Below, piece by piece: positions 1-11,788 of a DNA stretch of 64,000 bases (positions within the stretch are counted from its first letter, which is position 1; every line of letters begins with the position of its first letter). The notes beneath the pieces were generated by a model. It saw only the letters and a list, made by a program, of their open reading frames with translations. It searched no databases and had not been told where the DNA came from. Source of the DNA: Octopus vulgaris (Eukaryota); NCBI GenBank assembly GCA_951406725.2, contig OX597840.1, forward strand, positions 4,278,001 to 4,342,000, written 5' to 3'. Made by a program: the position numbers and the translations under genes.

Positions 1-225
1 TTATTACCCACAAGGGGCTAAACATAGAGGGGACAAACAAGGACAGACAAACAGATTAAGGTGATTACATCGACCCCGGTGCGTAACTGGTACTTAATTT
101 ATCGACCCCAAAAGGATGAAAGGCAAAGTCGACCTCGGCGGAATTTGAACTCAGAACGTAACGGCAGACGAAATACGGCTACGCATTTCGCCCAGTGTGC
201 TAACGTTTCTGCCAGCTCCCCACCT
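1..225 (-). mobile_element. tRNA-derived SINE family A (about 230 bp)
   Basis: Head GGCGAGCTGGCAGAA, B box GAGTTCAAATTCC, core GCCTTTCATCCTTTCGGGGTCGATAAA; many copies, e.g. 14460, 16966, 28135-28790, 30644, 32388, 33394, 43196, 58279, 62606. Confidence 0.85.
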
Positions 226-911
226 TTTTTACTTTATCTTGCATCAATATGAATTCAATACTACCATTAAAGCCCTGTTTTAATTAAGGGTAACTTTAAC
301 CCTTAAGCATTCAAGATTATTCTTTCAAACATATTGCTTTTACATTCACATCGTTTTTAATTAATCATGCATTATTTTATTACTTCAAAATTTTGATGAT
401 GTGATTGTATATATTTGGAATGACATTGAAGGGTAGGTGTGAGAAGCTGGATCTGGTTGGTTTGAACGAAAACCAGTAACATATTTTCGCCTGTTTAAAT
501 GCTGAAGGGTTAGCCTCGCCTGGCACCTGTGCCGGTGGCACGTAAAAAGCACCCACTACACTCACGGAGTGGTTGGCGTTAGGAAGGGCAATCCAGCTGT
601 AGAAACACTGCCAGATCAGACTGGAGCCTGGTGCAGCCTTCTGGATTTCCAGATCCCCGGTCGAACCATCCAACCCATGCTAGCATGGAAAACGGACGTT
701 AAACGATGATGATGATCTCTCAATATTTTGGCATGCTACTAACAAGTGCATTGTAAATAATTGCATGTCAACACAGTAAATACATCAGTTGTGGATGCAC
801 AGTGAAGTAAGATTGGTAGCCACAGGAACTTTGAAGTTATCCCTTGGAGTTTATTCAGATTAAAAGGTGCCAGACCATCGGTTACTGGAAAAATTGGTGG
901 TGTATCATTAG

Positions 912-1266
912 TGTAAAAAGCACCATCCGATCGTGGCCGTTGCCAGCCTCGCCTGGCCCCCATACCGGTGGCACGTAAAAAGCACCATCCGACCGTGGCT
1001 GTTTGCCTGCCCCGTCTGGCACCTGTGCTGGTGGCATGTAAAAAGCACCATCCGACCATGGCCGTTTGCCAGCCTGGCCTGGCCCCCATGCCAGTGGCAC
1101 GTAAAAAGCACCATCCAACCGTGACCGTTTACCAGCGCGGTCTGGCACCTGTGCCGGTAGCACGTAAAAAGCACCCACTACACTCACAGAGTGGTTGGCG
1201 TTAGGAAGGGCACCAACCCATGCTAGCATGGAAAGCGGACGCTAAATGATGATGATGATGATGATG
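912..1266 (+). mobile_element. (GAT)n-tailed retroposon family C with internal tandem units of about 60 bp
   Basis: Unit GTGCCGGTGGCACGTAAAAAGCACC..., then GGTTGGCGTTAGGAAGGGCA and (GAT)n; other copies near 515, 5480, 12360, 19440, 20250, 46700. Confidence 0.75.
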
Positions 1267-1430
1267 CCAACACATGCGAGACCAATAGGATCGCTGTTGC
1301 AGAAGACCGCAGACAAGCCAGGAAGAACAGAGCTAACAACCCTGTAGCAGGTGCTACCATTCCTTGTCCACACTGTCAAAGACTCTTTCGGGCGCAGATT
1401 GGCCTCACTAGCCATCCGCGGACTCCTAAG
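1267..1430 (+). mobile_element. RTE/BovB-like C-terminal zinc-finger fragment
   Basis: Translates PCPHCQRLFRAQIGLTSH. Confidence 0.6.
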
Positions 1431-1674
1431 TGACATCCAATATTTGCTGTTTCTATGTATCAACTTTTCTTTGGATCTAAGTATCTACTGTCACTCTCTT
1501 GCTTTCCCTTTCACTTCTTCTGTGTCCCTCCTCTCTCTCACTTTTAATTTAGCAATGTGTGTATGTACCTATGTATCAAGCCCAGCCTCACCCCAGGATG
1601 ACTAGATGGTCTTCGTCGCATTGACAGACAAACTACAATGATGTATTAGAATAAAAAAGGACTAAATTCCTTAC

Positions 1675-1796
1675 TTCTGTAGCCTCTGTAGTAAAGGTAA
1701 AGCTGCTTGCCAATAATAAGCGGCTCTTTCTTCAATATTCTCGAGTTTATTGAAAGACCCATGACCATTTTCAAGTTCCGTCTTTAATTGGGAAGC
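1675..1796 (-). CDS. RANBP2: RANBP2 exon 17 (ASQLKTE...ERAAYYWQAALPLLQRLQ)
   Basis: CAG acceptor, 122 nt, donor GTAAGG; resembles human GRSVHYWKKVLPLL. Confidence 0.92.
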
Positions 1797-2553
1797 CTGT
1801 CAATAGAAAAAAATAAGAAAACAGGGAGTTGAAAGACAATAATAATAGTTTCTATTAAAGCAGGGGTCCTCAACCATTCTTTACCTTTTATTTTTTTTAT
1901 TCTTTTTCTGGTTTCAGTCATTTGACTGTGGCCAAGCTGGAGCACTGCCTTTAGTTGAACAAATCGACCCAAGGACTTATGCTTTGTAAGCCTAGTACAT
2001 ATTCTATCAGTCTCTTTCGCTGAGCCGCTAAGTTACAGGGACATAAACACAGACACAAAGAAATACATATATAAGTCCAGGGGTCGATTTCTTCAACTAA
2101 AAGGCAGTGCTCCAGCATGGCCACTATCAAATGACAAACAAGTAAAAGAATAAAAGAATACCAGAAGAATGTTCCATCCCACAAGCCACACACACATGAT
2201 GGGCTTCTTTCAGTTTCCGTCTACTAAATTCATTCACAAGGCTTTGGTCGGCCTGAGAACTGTGTTAATGATATGCATGTCTGCGGAGTATGATAAAAGT
2301 GAAAGTGACATGCAATATTTGCTGTTTCTATGTATCAACTTTTCTTTGGATCTAAGTATCTGTCACTCTCTTGCTTTCCCTTTCACTTCTTCTGTGTCCC
2401 TCTCTCTCTCACTTTTAATTTAACAATGTGTGTATGTACCTATGTATCAACTTTTCTTGTGATCTATGTATCTACATGCAATATAAGCATTTAAAAACAC
2501 AAAACGATTGCTGTCACCACTCATTGTTGAATGTGTGTGTCTGTATTTTTAAG

Positions 2554-2967
2554 GGATCTTTTCGGTTTGAATAGCAGTTTTTTCTAGCAGTGTCATATGA
2601 AATTGTCACCCATAATTATGACCCTAGAATCAATCTATTGCATTTCAATCTCTTTTAGGGTTAGGAGTGGGGGAAGGGTATCTTTTTTTCTTCACAAATG
2701 TAAATAAACCCAATCTGTTTCTTAAACGAGGGACATATTCATACGGCACAGAATGTTTTTTTTTACCTCAATAGACGTCATTGATTGGTTGAAATTGCAG
2801 AAATTGAAGGAAAAAAAACAACAAATATCTTACAAACTATAGAATTTTCTCAATGAAGCCAAGAGAAAAAGATGTTTTATAAGCACATTCTACCAGTATA
2901 CGAAGTTTAAAATTTTCTAGTTACCTAGAAATTATGGTAAAAACTGCCGTTCAAACCGAAAAGATCC
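2554..2967. mobile_element. GGATC-TIR MITE family 1
   Basis: TIR close to GGATCTTTTCGGTTTGAACGGCAGTTTT; 8-bp TSD TTTTTAAG. Confidence 0.88.
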
Positions 2968-3104
2968 TTTTTAAGTTTATCAAGACTGTGTTTATCTGCA
3001 TCACTGTCTACCCATCTATATATAGCATACCATACTGATTGTAATGTCCACTCAAACATATACGAGGAAAGAAAAATGATTAGAAAGAAGGCTTATCATA
3101 TTAC

Positions 3105-3225
3105 CTTGTTCTGTAAGGTCCGTGCCACATGGAGGATAAGAGAGGCAGACATGCCATGGCCTTCAGTCAGACGAACAGTATCCAAACCTCTCATCAGGAT
3201 CAGACGTAGCTTGGTGAAGTTATCA
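3105..3225 (-). CDS. RANBP2: RANBP2 exon 16 (DNFTKLRLILMRGLDTVR...HGMSASLILHVARTLQNK)
   Basis: TAG acceptor, 121 nt, donor GTAATA; resembles human KLRLLVQHEINTLR..HGLQPALLVHWA. Confidence 0.93.
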
Positions 3226-3308
3226 CTAACAACAAAAAGGAAAGTAAATTAGACTATATAACAGTGAGAGTGGAGGAAGAGAGCAGTTAGAGAGCTTGGG
3301 TGAGATAG

Positions 3309-3339
<31 letters not shown>

Positions 3340-3421
3340 TATATATACACACACACACATAATGGCGGTACCCCAGCATGGCCACAGCTCGTGAGCTGAA
3401 ACTAGATAAAATGATATATAT

Positions 3422-3458
<37 letters not shown>

Positions 3459-3952
3459 CATACATACATACATACATACATACACACACACACATACACA
3501 TACACATTTCACCAAACTACTTACATAAACAGATATCCCGTTGATTAGAAAGTAATCTGACAAATGCCAAGGCACAAATCTCTCACCCCACCAAGTCAAT
3601 CTGTAACTTGTACTGATTATTTTATCAATATCTACATCATTTTTGTATTTAGTTTGCAAGATTCTTTATGTGAATTCGTGTATTGAAGCATATTTTATTG
3701 GGCCTGGAGAGCGTCGTTCTGTTTTAATGCCTTATTAATTAACATACTCACTGATCCAGTTTCCACTCGCTGCTTCTTGTAACCTCTTCAACAGCTGTTG
3801 ACTCTCAACAACTATTGAAGAGGTTGCAAGAAGCAATAAAAATTTTAGAATAAATAAATAAATGAGTGGAAATTGAACTGGTGAGGGTGTTAAGGCATTA
3901 AAACAAAATGACACTTCCCAGGCACAATATATATATATATGTATATATATAT

Positions 3953-4257
3953 AACGGGAAGCTTTATGAAAATAAACAAAAGACGAAGGCAGGTGGAATA
4001 CAAACAAACAATTGTATTAGTATGGCGCTCAGGAATATAAATAAAACAAGTCTTTTACGTTTCGAGCCTACGCTCTTCAACAGAAAGATACACAGAAAAG
4101 AAACACGGAGAGAAACAAGGAGAGAAAAAAAAAAAAAAAAATGCGTGCAGAAGCTAGCGATTCAACATTGGCGATCTATATATTGATATATATGATATAT
4201 CATATATATGATAGATCGTTAGCCACTACACATATTTTTTCTCTCCTTGTTTTTTTT
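3953..4257 (-). mobile_element. (TA)n-inserted short element with hammerhead-like motif and inverted end (probably Penelope-derived)
   Basis: Second copy at 41293-41467; minus strand reads TCTTT-CTGTTGA-A-GAGC/GCTC-GAAACGTA-AAAGA; 4210-4257 is an inverted copy of its end. Confidence 0.6.
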
Positions 4258-4272
4258 CATATACATACACAC

Positions 4273-4769
4273 ACAGGTTGTCCATAAAGTCATGGTGCAA
4301 TTTAAAATATTCGTATCTTCGTAACTATACATGGTAGAATTAATTTGTAAAATGGATAATAAAGAAGAATGACCTAAATTTAATTTTCAACATGTCCACC
4401 ATCATTACTAATACAAAGAGAAATACAAAACATTTTCCAGCTGATCTTCAGTAACACCTTCAATCACATCAGTTATCCTTGCTTTCAAGTCTCCTAAAGA
4501 TTGATGCTTAATTGAATAAATATTATTTACAAGTCTCCATAAAAAGAAATCCAATGGAGTCAAATTTGGTGAACGCAGAAGCCAAAATAATGGTCCACCT
4601 CTTCCAATCCATCTGTTTGGGAAACTCACGTTTAGAAACAGCTTAACTTGCAGAGTAAAGTGCCAAGGTGCACCATCTTGTAAATTTGTATTCTCAATCA
4701 GTTCTAATAGTTTGAGCTTGGGAACGAAGTAATTTTGTAGCATTGCACCATGATTCTATAGACACCCTG
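4273..4769 (-). mobile_element. Internally deleted Tc1/mariner transposon
   Basis: QDGAPWH...FPNRWIGRGG...RSPNLTPLDFFLW; imperfect TIRs CAGGTTGTCCATAAAGTCATGGTGCAA. Confidence 0.85.
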
Positions 4770-5195
4770 TATAAGCAGGTGTGGATAATGTGATGGTGCA
4801 ATTTGAAATATTTGTATTTTCGTAACTATACATGGTAGAATTAATCTGTAAAATGGATAATAAAGAAGAATGACCTAAATTTAATTTTCAACATGTCCAC
4901 CATCATCTATATATATATAAAACTCAACTTGTGTGTCTGTGTGTTTAACTTCCCAGCACATCCCCTCCTAGCCAACAAATCGTAGAACCACCAAAAATGG
5001 GTCACTTAAAGTTTAGGCGAATGAAAATTGAACTGCGCTATTTCTGTTCCGAAATTCATCTCGCAAGTGCAAAATATTAGGAATTGTACACTTTTACTCG
5101 CTTCAGTCAATTGACTGTGGCCATGCAGGAGCATAAAAATTCACAAAACAAACCAGCACCCATGTAGGGTTATTTTCTTTTTTTTTCATACTCAC

Positions 5196-5362
5196 AGTTC
5201 AAGCTTCTCTCTGAATTTACAAGCCAGCTGCCACCATTCAGCTTGCTCCGGTGTACAAAACTGCCGACATAAAACCTTTGGTAACAGCTGGGGTCGGGAT
5301 GGTTCCTGTCGCACCTGCTGCAGTAGCCGACCAGCAGAATATACAACAGCGATGAGGAACAC
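5196..5362 (-). CDS. RANBP2: RANBP2 exon 15 (VFLIAVVYS...CTPEQAEWWQLACKFREKLE)
   Basis: TAG acceptor, 167 nt, donor GTGAGT; resembles human VFLLGVVYT...CTERQKSWW. Confidence 0.93.
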
Positions 5363-6169
5363 CTATTTGAAAACAAAATATACTGTAGCCAAACAGCAGA
5401 ATATATACACATATATATACATCAAAAAATATATATAAATCAAAAAATCAAATCAAAATCGATCAACATCAATGGAATTTGTAGTTTGTGGTACCAGTGC
5501 CGGTAGCACATAAGAGAACCATCAGAACATGGCTGTAGCCAGCACCGCATCGACTGGCCTCCGTGCTGGTGGCACGTAAAAAGTACTATCCGAGTGTGGC
5601 CGTTCGCCAGCCTCATCTGGCACCTGTGTCGGTGGCACATAAAAAGCACCCACTACACTCACGGAGTGGTTGGCGTTAGGAAGGGCATCCAGCTGTAGAA
5701 ACACTGCCAGATCTGACTGGCCTGGTGCAGCCTTCTGGCTTCCCAAGACCCCAGTTGAACCGTCCGACCCATGCCAGCATGGAAAGCGGACGTTAAACGA
5801 TGATGATGATGATGATACATACATACACAGCAGCTACAAAGAACACCTAAATGAAAACTGTACCTATGAGGAACATCTAAATCAGTGGTTCTCAACCATT
5901 TTTTGCAAAAGGGACCCCTTTGAGTCCTATCTTAATCAATAGGACCTTCACAGAGATTTGATGTATATAAAAAGAAAAAAAAATCTTACTGAATTTTTAT
6001 TAAAAAATATTTGGAATTGTACTCTTTTACTCGTTTCAGTCATATGATTGTGGCCATGCTGGAGCATCGCCTTTAGTTGAGCAAATCGACCCCCAGGTCT
6101 TATTCTTTGTAAGCCTAGTACTTATTCTATCAGTCTCTTTAGCCGAACCACTAAGTTACATGGACGTAA

Positions 6170-6205
<36 letters not shown>

Positions 6206-6206
6206 G

Positions 6207-6592
6207 TACTAGCAGTATCGCCCGGCGTTGCTCGGGTTTGTAAGGGAAATAATTATATAAGCATTTTTAGAGATGTAAAGTATAATAGCCATCTCAATAT
6301 GGCTAACCACAAAGGGGGAGGGGTGTTACTGTAGCTTTTTACGTTTTGAGATTTAATAATAAATTTTAGAGAGTTACTTCCCTTATATATGTCAAAAATG
6401 GATTAAAAATGGGAAAAATTGATGGTAAATTTTTTTTAAATCGTAGACGCGCGCTAATACCCAGACGGTCTCGGTATGAATCACGACTATAAGATACCTG
6501 GTTTTGGTTAAACTGCACCGCAAAATGTGGGAGTAGTTAGGAATCTAAATAGTAGGAGACAGACACACAACCTCACTTTTATATATAAAGAT
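6207..6592 (+). mobile_element. Helentron-associated (HINE/DINE-like) non-autonomous element
   Basis: ACTAGC..GCCCGGCGTTGCTCGGG start and CTTTTATATATAAAGAT end. Confidence 0.5.
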
Positions 6593-6695
6593 TTCCTCTA
6601 TTTACATAATATTGAGGTCTCTTTCTTTCTTTTGTTATCTAACTGTTTTTACCAATATACATATATATATATATATATAAATATATATATAGTTA

Positions 6696-7031
6696 CAGAG
6701 ATGTACTTGCATAGCAAGTGACTTGATCTGAGATCGTGTGCTGGAACGAAAACAGTTGCAGCGTTGAAGGTGTTTATAAGCCATTTAAGAAACACACAAA
6801 AACCGTTAGATTCACTTCAACATTTAAATTTAATTTGTCAAAATATTTTCATCGCTTTGAGACCGCGACCTGTTAGCACGATATTTTTGTCAGTGAACAG
6901 GTCGCGGTCTCAAAGCGACAAAATATTTTGGCAAATTAAATTTAAATGTTGAAGTGAATGTAACGGTTTTTGTGTGTTTCTTAAATGGCTTACAAACACC
7001 TTCCACGCTGCAATATATATATACACACATA

Positions 7032-7062
<31 letters not shown>

Positions 7063-8529
7063 GTGTATGCATGTATGTGTGTGTGTGTGCGTGTCTGTGC
7101 TTGTGATTGTCCTCCACCACTGCTTGACAACGAATGTTGGTTTGTTTACATCCCTGTCACCTAGTGGTTTGACAAAGGAAACAGATAGAATAAGTACAAT
7201 GCTTACAAAATAAAACTGGAGTTGATTCATTAAACTACAATTCTTCAAGGCATTGCCCCAGCATGGCCACAGACCAATGGCTGGAAAAAGCAGAAGAATA
7301 AAAAGAATACATTCTCTGCTTTGGTCTTATGTTCAAGGCATGAGAAAGCTTGAGTTTACATGAGAAGGCCTAACAGACCTGGTAGAAACAGCAGCCAAAT
7401 CTCCCTCAAATCACACCTTACTGTCTTATGTATGTATATATATATGAGCCAATGAGGGGGACCTCTACATGGTAGCTAGACCTGGTAGAAATAGCAGCCA
7501 AATTTCCCCCAAATCACACCTTACTGTCTTATCTATGTATATATGTATGTATGAGCCTATGAGGGAGACCCCTACATGGCAGCTAGACCTGGTAGAAATA
7601 GCAGCCAAATTTCCAGAGATGTACTTGCATAGCAAGTGACTTGATCTGAGATCGTGTGCTGGAACGAAAACAGTTGCAGCGTTGAAGGTGTTTATAAGCC
7701 ATTTAAGAAACACACAAAAACCGTTAGATTCACTTCAACATTTAAATTTAATTTGTCAAAATATTTTCGTCGCTTTGAGACCGCGACCTGTTAGCACGAT
7801 ATTTTTGTCAGTGAACAGGTCGCGGTCTCAAAGCGACGAAAATATTTTGGCAAATTAAATTTAAATGTTGAAGTGAATGTAACGGTTTTTGTGTGTTTCT
7901 TAAATAACTACAAACACCTTCCAGGCTGCAATATATATATACACACATATATATATATGTATGTATGTATGTATGTGTGTATATGTGTATGCATGTATGT
8001 GTGTGCGTGTCTGTGCTTGTGATTGTCCTCCACCACTGCTTGACAACGAATGTTGGTTTGTTTACATCCCTGTCACCTAGTGGTTTGACAAAGGAAACAG
8101 ATAGAATAAGTACAATGCTTACAAAAATAAAACTGGAGTTGATTCATTAAACTACAATTCTTCAAGGCATTGCCCCAGCATGGCCACAGACCAATGGCTG
8201 GAAAAAGCAGAAGAATAAAAGAATACATTCTCTGCTTTGGTCTTATGTTCAAGGCATGAGAAAGCTTGAGTTTACATGAGAAGGCCTAACAGACCTGGTA
8301 GAAACAGCAGCCAAATCTCCCTCAAATCACACCTTACTGTCTTATGTATGTATATATATATATGAGCCAATGAGGGGGACCTCTACATGGTAGCTAGACC
8401 TGGTAGAAATAGCAGCCAAATTTCCCCCAAATCACACCTTACTGTCTTATCTATGTATATATGTATGTATGAGCCTATGAGGGAGACCCCTACATGGCAG
8501 CTAGACATGGTAGAAATAGCAGCCAAATC
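6696..8529. repeat. Tandem duplication, unit about 918 bp (6696-7613 / 7614-8529), each unit with an inverted repeat of about 118-bp arms
   Basis: Both units begin CAGAGATGTACTTGC and are near-identical; arms 6756-6874 / 6896-7013 in unit 1. Confidence 0.9.
7804..7854 (+). ncRNA. Hammerhead-like fold with G3/C8 core variant
   Basis: Stem I TTTGTCA/TG(G/A)CAAA, core GTGAACA, stem II GTCGC/GCGAC, GAAA, palindromic AATATT. Confidence 0.5.
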
Positions 8530-9053
8530 TCCCTCAAATCACACCTTACTGTCTTATCTTTCTGCTACTTGGATATAGGTGTTATATTCGTCGTAAAAAA
8601 CTTTCCTATCACACACTCACGCACACGCACACACACGCACCCTCACACACACACGCGCACACCCACACACCCACCCACTCACACACACGCACGTTAGCTT
8701 ACAAGTTTATTTATATATTTGCGTGTCTATGTGTTGAAAGAGGAAGTGGGAGGCAGAGTGAAAGAATCACTCACTACAGTAAGTCAATTACTTTCATTTT
8801 ATTCGTTGCCCACTGTGTGTGTGCGTTTGCGTGTGCTGTAAACCAGACTAAGAAAAGCATTTGACACACACACCAGAATGTGAGTTTTCTGTAAATTTTG
8901 CTTAATTGGAGTTTAAAATTTAAAAACTGGACCTGGCATGACGCGATGCATTGTACTCTTAAAAATGCTAGGTAAATTGTAATTGAAGAAATCCTATATT
9001 GTAGATTTGTATAACTCCCAAAGGGAGGCAGATAAAATCTGCCTTTTATAATA

Positions 9054-9100
<47 letters not shown>

Positions 9101-9680
9101 CATATATATGCGACAGCCTTCTTTCAGTTTCCGTCTACCAAATCCACTCAGACGGCTTTGGTCGGCCCGAGGCTATAGTAGAAGACACTTGCCCAAGGTG
9201 CCATGCAGTGGGACTGAGCCTGGAACCATGTGGTTCGTAAGCAAGCTACTTACCACACAGCCACTCCTATTTGTTAAAATATTTTGTGTTTCCAAAGGTC
9301 CAACAAATTTATCGCACATAAATTTTAACAGCAAAATTTTATAGTGACCCCCTCCAAGAGTCACGTGGACCTCAGTTGAGAAGCATTGGTCTGGATCTAA
9401 AGCAAAAATTTTTTTAGGGGCCTTTAAAATACTACTGTGGATCCCTAATTTACTATTTTGTTAATGTGGACCCACAAAAACTCTTATACAGACCCTTAGG
9501 GGCCAGATGGACACCAGTTGAGAACCACTGCTCTAAACGATCACTCACTGAAGAAAAGATCCGAGGGTCATGGCCGGGACACCTGATCAGGAGTTTGTTA
9601 TGCTAGATGAAGGCCTGATGTAGGAACACACAAGAACTTGAACAAAGACATATGTGGACACAACAGTGAAAAATTCTTAC

Positions 9681-9778
9681 CTCAGTATCAAGCTGACAAA
9701 GTGATTCGACACCCAGGTTTAATCCACTGGACAAGGAGCTACTGGAGTAGGGTAGATTGTCAAACAGGGAAAAGTTAT
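9681..9778 (-). CDS. RANBP2: RANBP2 exon 14 (NFSLFDNLPY...VESLCQLDTE)
   Basis: CAG acceptor, 98 nt, donor GTAAGA; resembles human LFHHLP...ESICILDLE. Confidence 0.92.
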
Positions 9779-10137
9779 CTGAAATAATATACAACATATT
9801 AACATCATTGTTGTTCCATCAGGGTGGTGATAAAAACTGCAATTTTATCTGACCCCCACCTCCACACTTCATTCCAGGCTGGGAAAAATATGTAGTTTCC
9901 TCTTAAGACTTGACTGGTTTTTATTAAGAAAAGAGAAAAGAATGAGAGGGAGAGAGAGACAGAGAAGAGAGAGAGATACAGAGAAGAGAGAGAGAGAAAG
10001 AGACAAAGAAACAGAAAGGGAGAGGGAGAGAGAGGGACAAAGAGAGAAGAGAAAGAAGGAGAAAGGGAGAGAGATAGTGATTATTCAACAACAACCACAT
10101 TCGCATGCAGATTGAAGATGGGATGGATGCTACTCAC

Positions 10138-10230
10138 AGTTCGGCTGAGCTTCGTCCTTGGCTGCGTTGTAATAGTGGAGACACAACCAGATGATGCTGT
10201 TGAGATCAGTGGAGTTAAGAAGGACAGAGA
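10138..10230 (-). CDS. RANBP2: RANBP2 exon 13 (SVLLNSTDLNSIIWLCLHYYNAAKDEAQPN)
   Basis: CAG acceptor, 93 nt, donor GTGAGT, phases 1/1. Confidence 0.88.
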
Positions 10231-10584
10231 CTGAAATATAAAGAAAAACAATGGAAATAAGGTAACACTGGTGGAGGGCAAACGACAAGGACAAAATAGA
10301 CAGCAATTAAGGCCCAGTCTGCAGCAATTTGTTGGGCTAATTGGGTGCAGGCTTGGCTGCGTGGTAAGAAGTCTGCTTCACAATCATAGGTTTTGAGTTC
10401 GGTCTCATTGTGGAGCACTTGGGACAAGTGTCTACTATGGCCCTGGGCCAACCAAAGCCCTGTGAGCGGATATGGCTGATGCAAACTGAAAAGCCTGTCA
10501 TGTGTGTGCAAATATATATATATATATATATATACATACATACATACATGTGTGTATATATATAAATATGTGTCCGTGTGTATG

Positions 10585-10629
<45 letters not shown>

Positions 10630-10821
10630 CCTCTCTCTCTCTCTTTCAGAGAGGCACTGAGCAGCTAGACGCACACATACACACACGGCAGTAACTTCCA
10701 CCTACCGAATTCAATCACAAAGCTTCGGTCGACTCGGGGCTATAGCGGAAGACACCTACCCAAAGTGCCACGCAGTGGGACTGAACCCGAAACCATGTAG
10801 TTGGGAAGCAAGCTCCCTAAC

Positions 10822-10858
<37 letters not shown>

Positions 10859-11487
10859 ATATTTGTCATTTAAATATGGCTAACTCCTAAGAGTGGATGC
10901 TACTGCATGTTGTAGTCCCAGGAGGAGACCTCCTTCAGCTGGCTATAGACACACTTTCTGTGCCCTATCAGTATTTGCAAAGGGAAGTTATCCTTCCCGT
11001 CTTCAACTTATGATACACACGAACTCAAGTTTCTGGGTAATGACCGTCACCAGCGTATGACAATCATGGCTGTCAATAAAAAGTAGGCTTTCCTCTGCAA
11101 ATATATATCCTTTTTCCAGTGATGTAAAGACACTGATATCAAAAAAGTGTAAACGAGCAATAATAAATCTCTGAACGAGGTATAAACAGTAACTGCAACA
11201 CATCGTGAAGTATATTTTCCATTTAAATATGGCAAATCCCTAAGGGTGGATGCTACTGTAGCTTGTAGCCCCAGGAGGACACCTCCTCCAGATGGCTATA
11301 GACACACTTTCTGTGCCCTACATAAGAATTTTTTGCGTAATAATAAGATAAAAAAACCAAGGCTGTATAGATATTAAAGCATTTATAGATATATATGTAG
11401 AAAATCTACCTCAAATTCTATCTGACACATGCAAGTATGGAGAATAAGACATCATGGTGACACACTCACACACGGAGATATGTCACA

Positions 11488-11524
<37 letters not shown>

Positions 11525-11528
<4 letters not shown>

Positions 11529-11788
11529 ATAAATATTAGGGAATGAATCCAAAATTACAGGGAAAAATCAGATTTAGGGTTAAATCCAATTTTATAGTAA
11601 AATATTATATAATATAATTCGAGACAAAACCACTATTTTAAAACCAAACAAGGAAAGACTTAATCAATACATAAAATTTTAATATAAATTAAATAAATTA
11701 TTTAATTTATATTAAAATTTTATGTATTGATTAAGTCTTTCCTTGTTTGGTTTTAAAATAGTGGTTTTGTCTCGAATTATATTATATA
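11525..11788. mobile_element. AT-rich fold-back element in (TA)n
   Basis: Perfect 91-bp inverted arms 11606-11696 / 11698-11788; related copy at about 44420-44800. Confidence 0.65.

Noticed and set aside
739-900. Possible RANBP2 exon 18 after a CAG acceptor near 885
   Set aside because: Required phase hits TAA after 7 codons and shows no Nup358 similarity; next exon probably lies outside the window
912-1180. CRISPR-like repeat array
   Set aside because: Eukaryotic context, no cas genes, and the would-be spacers are homologous; internal tandem unit of a retroposon
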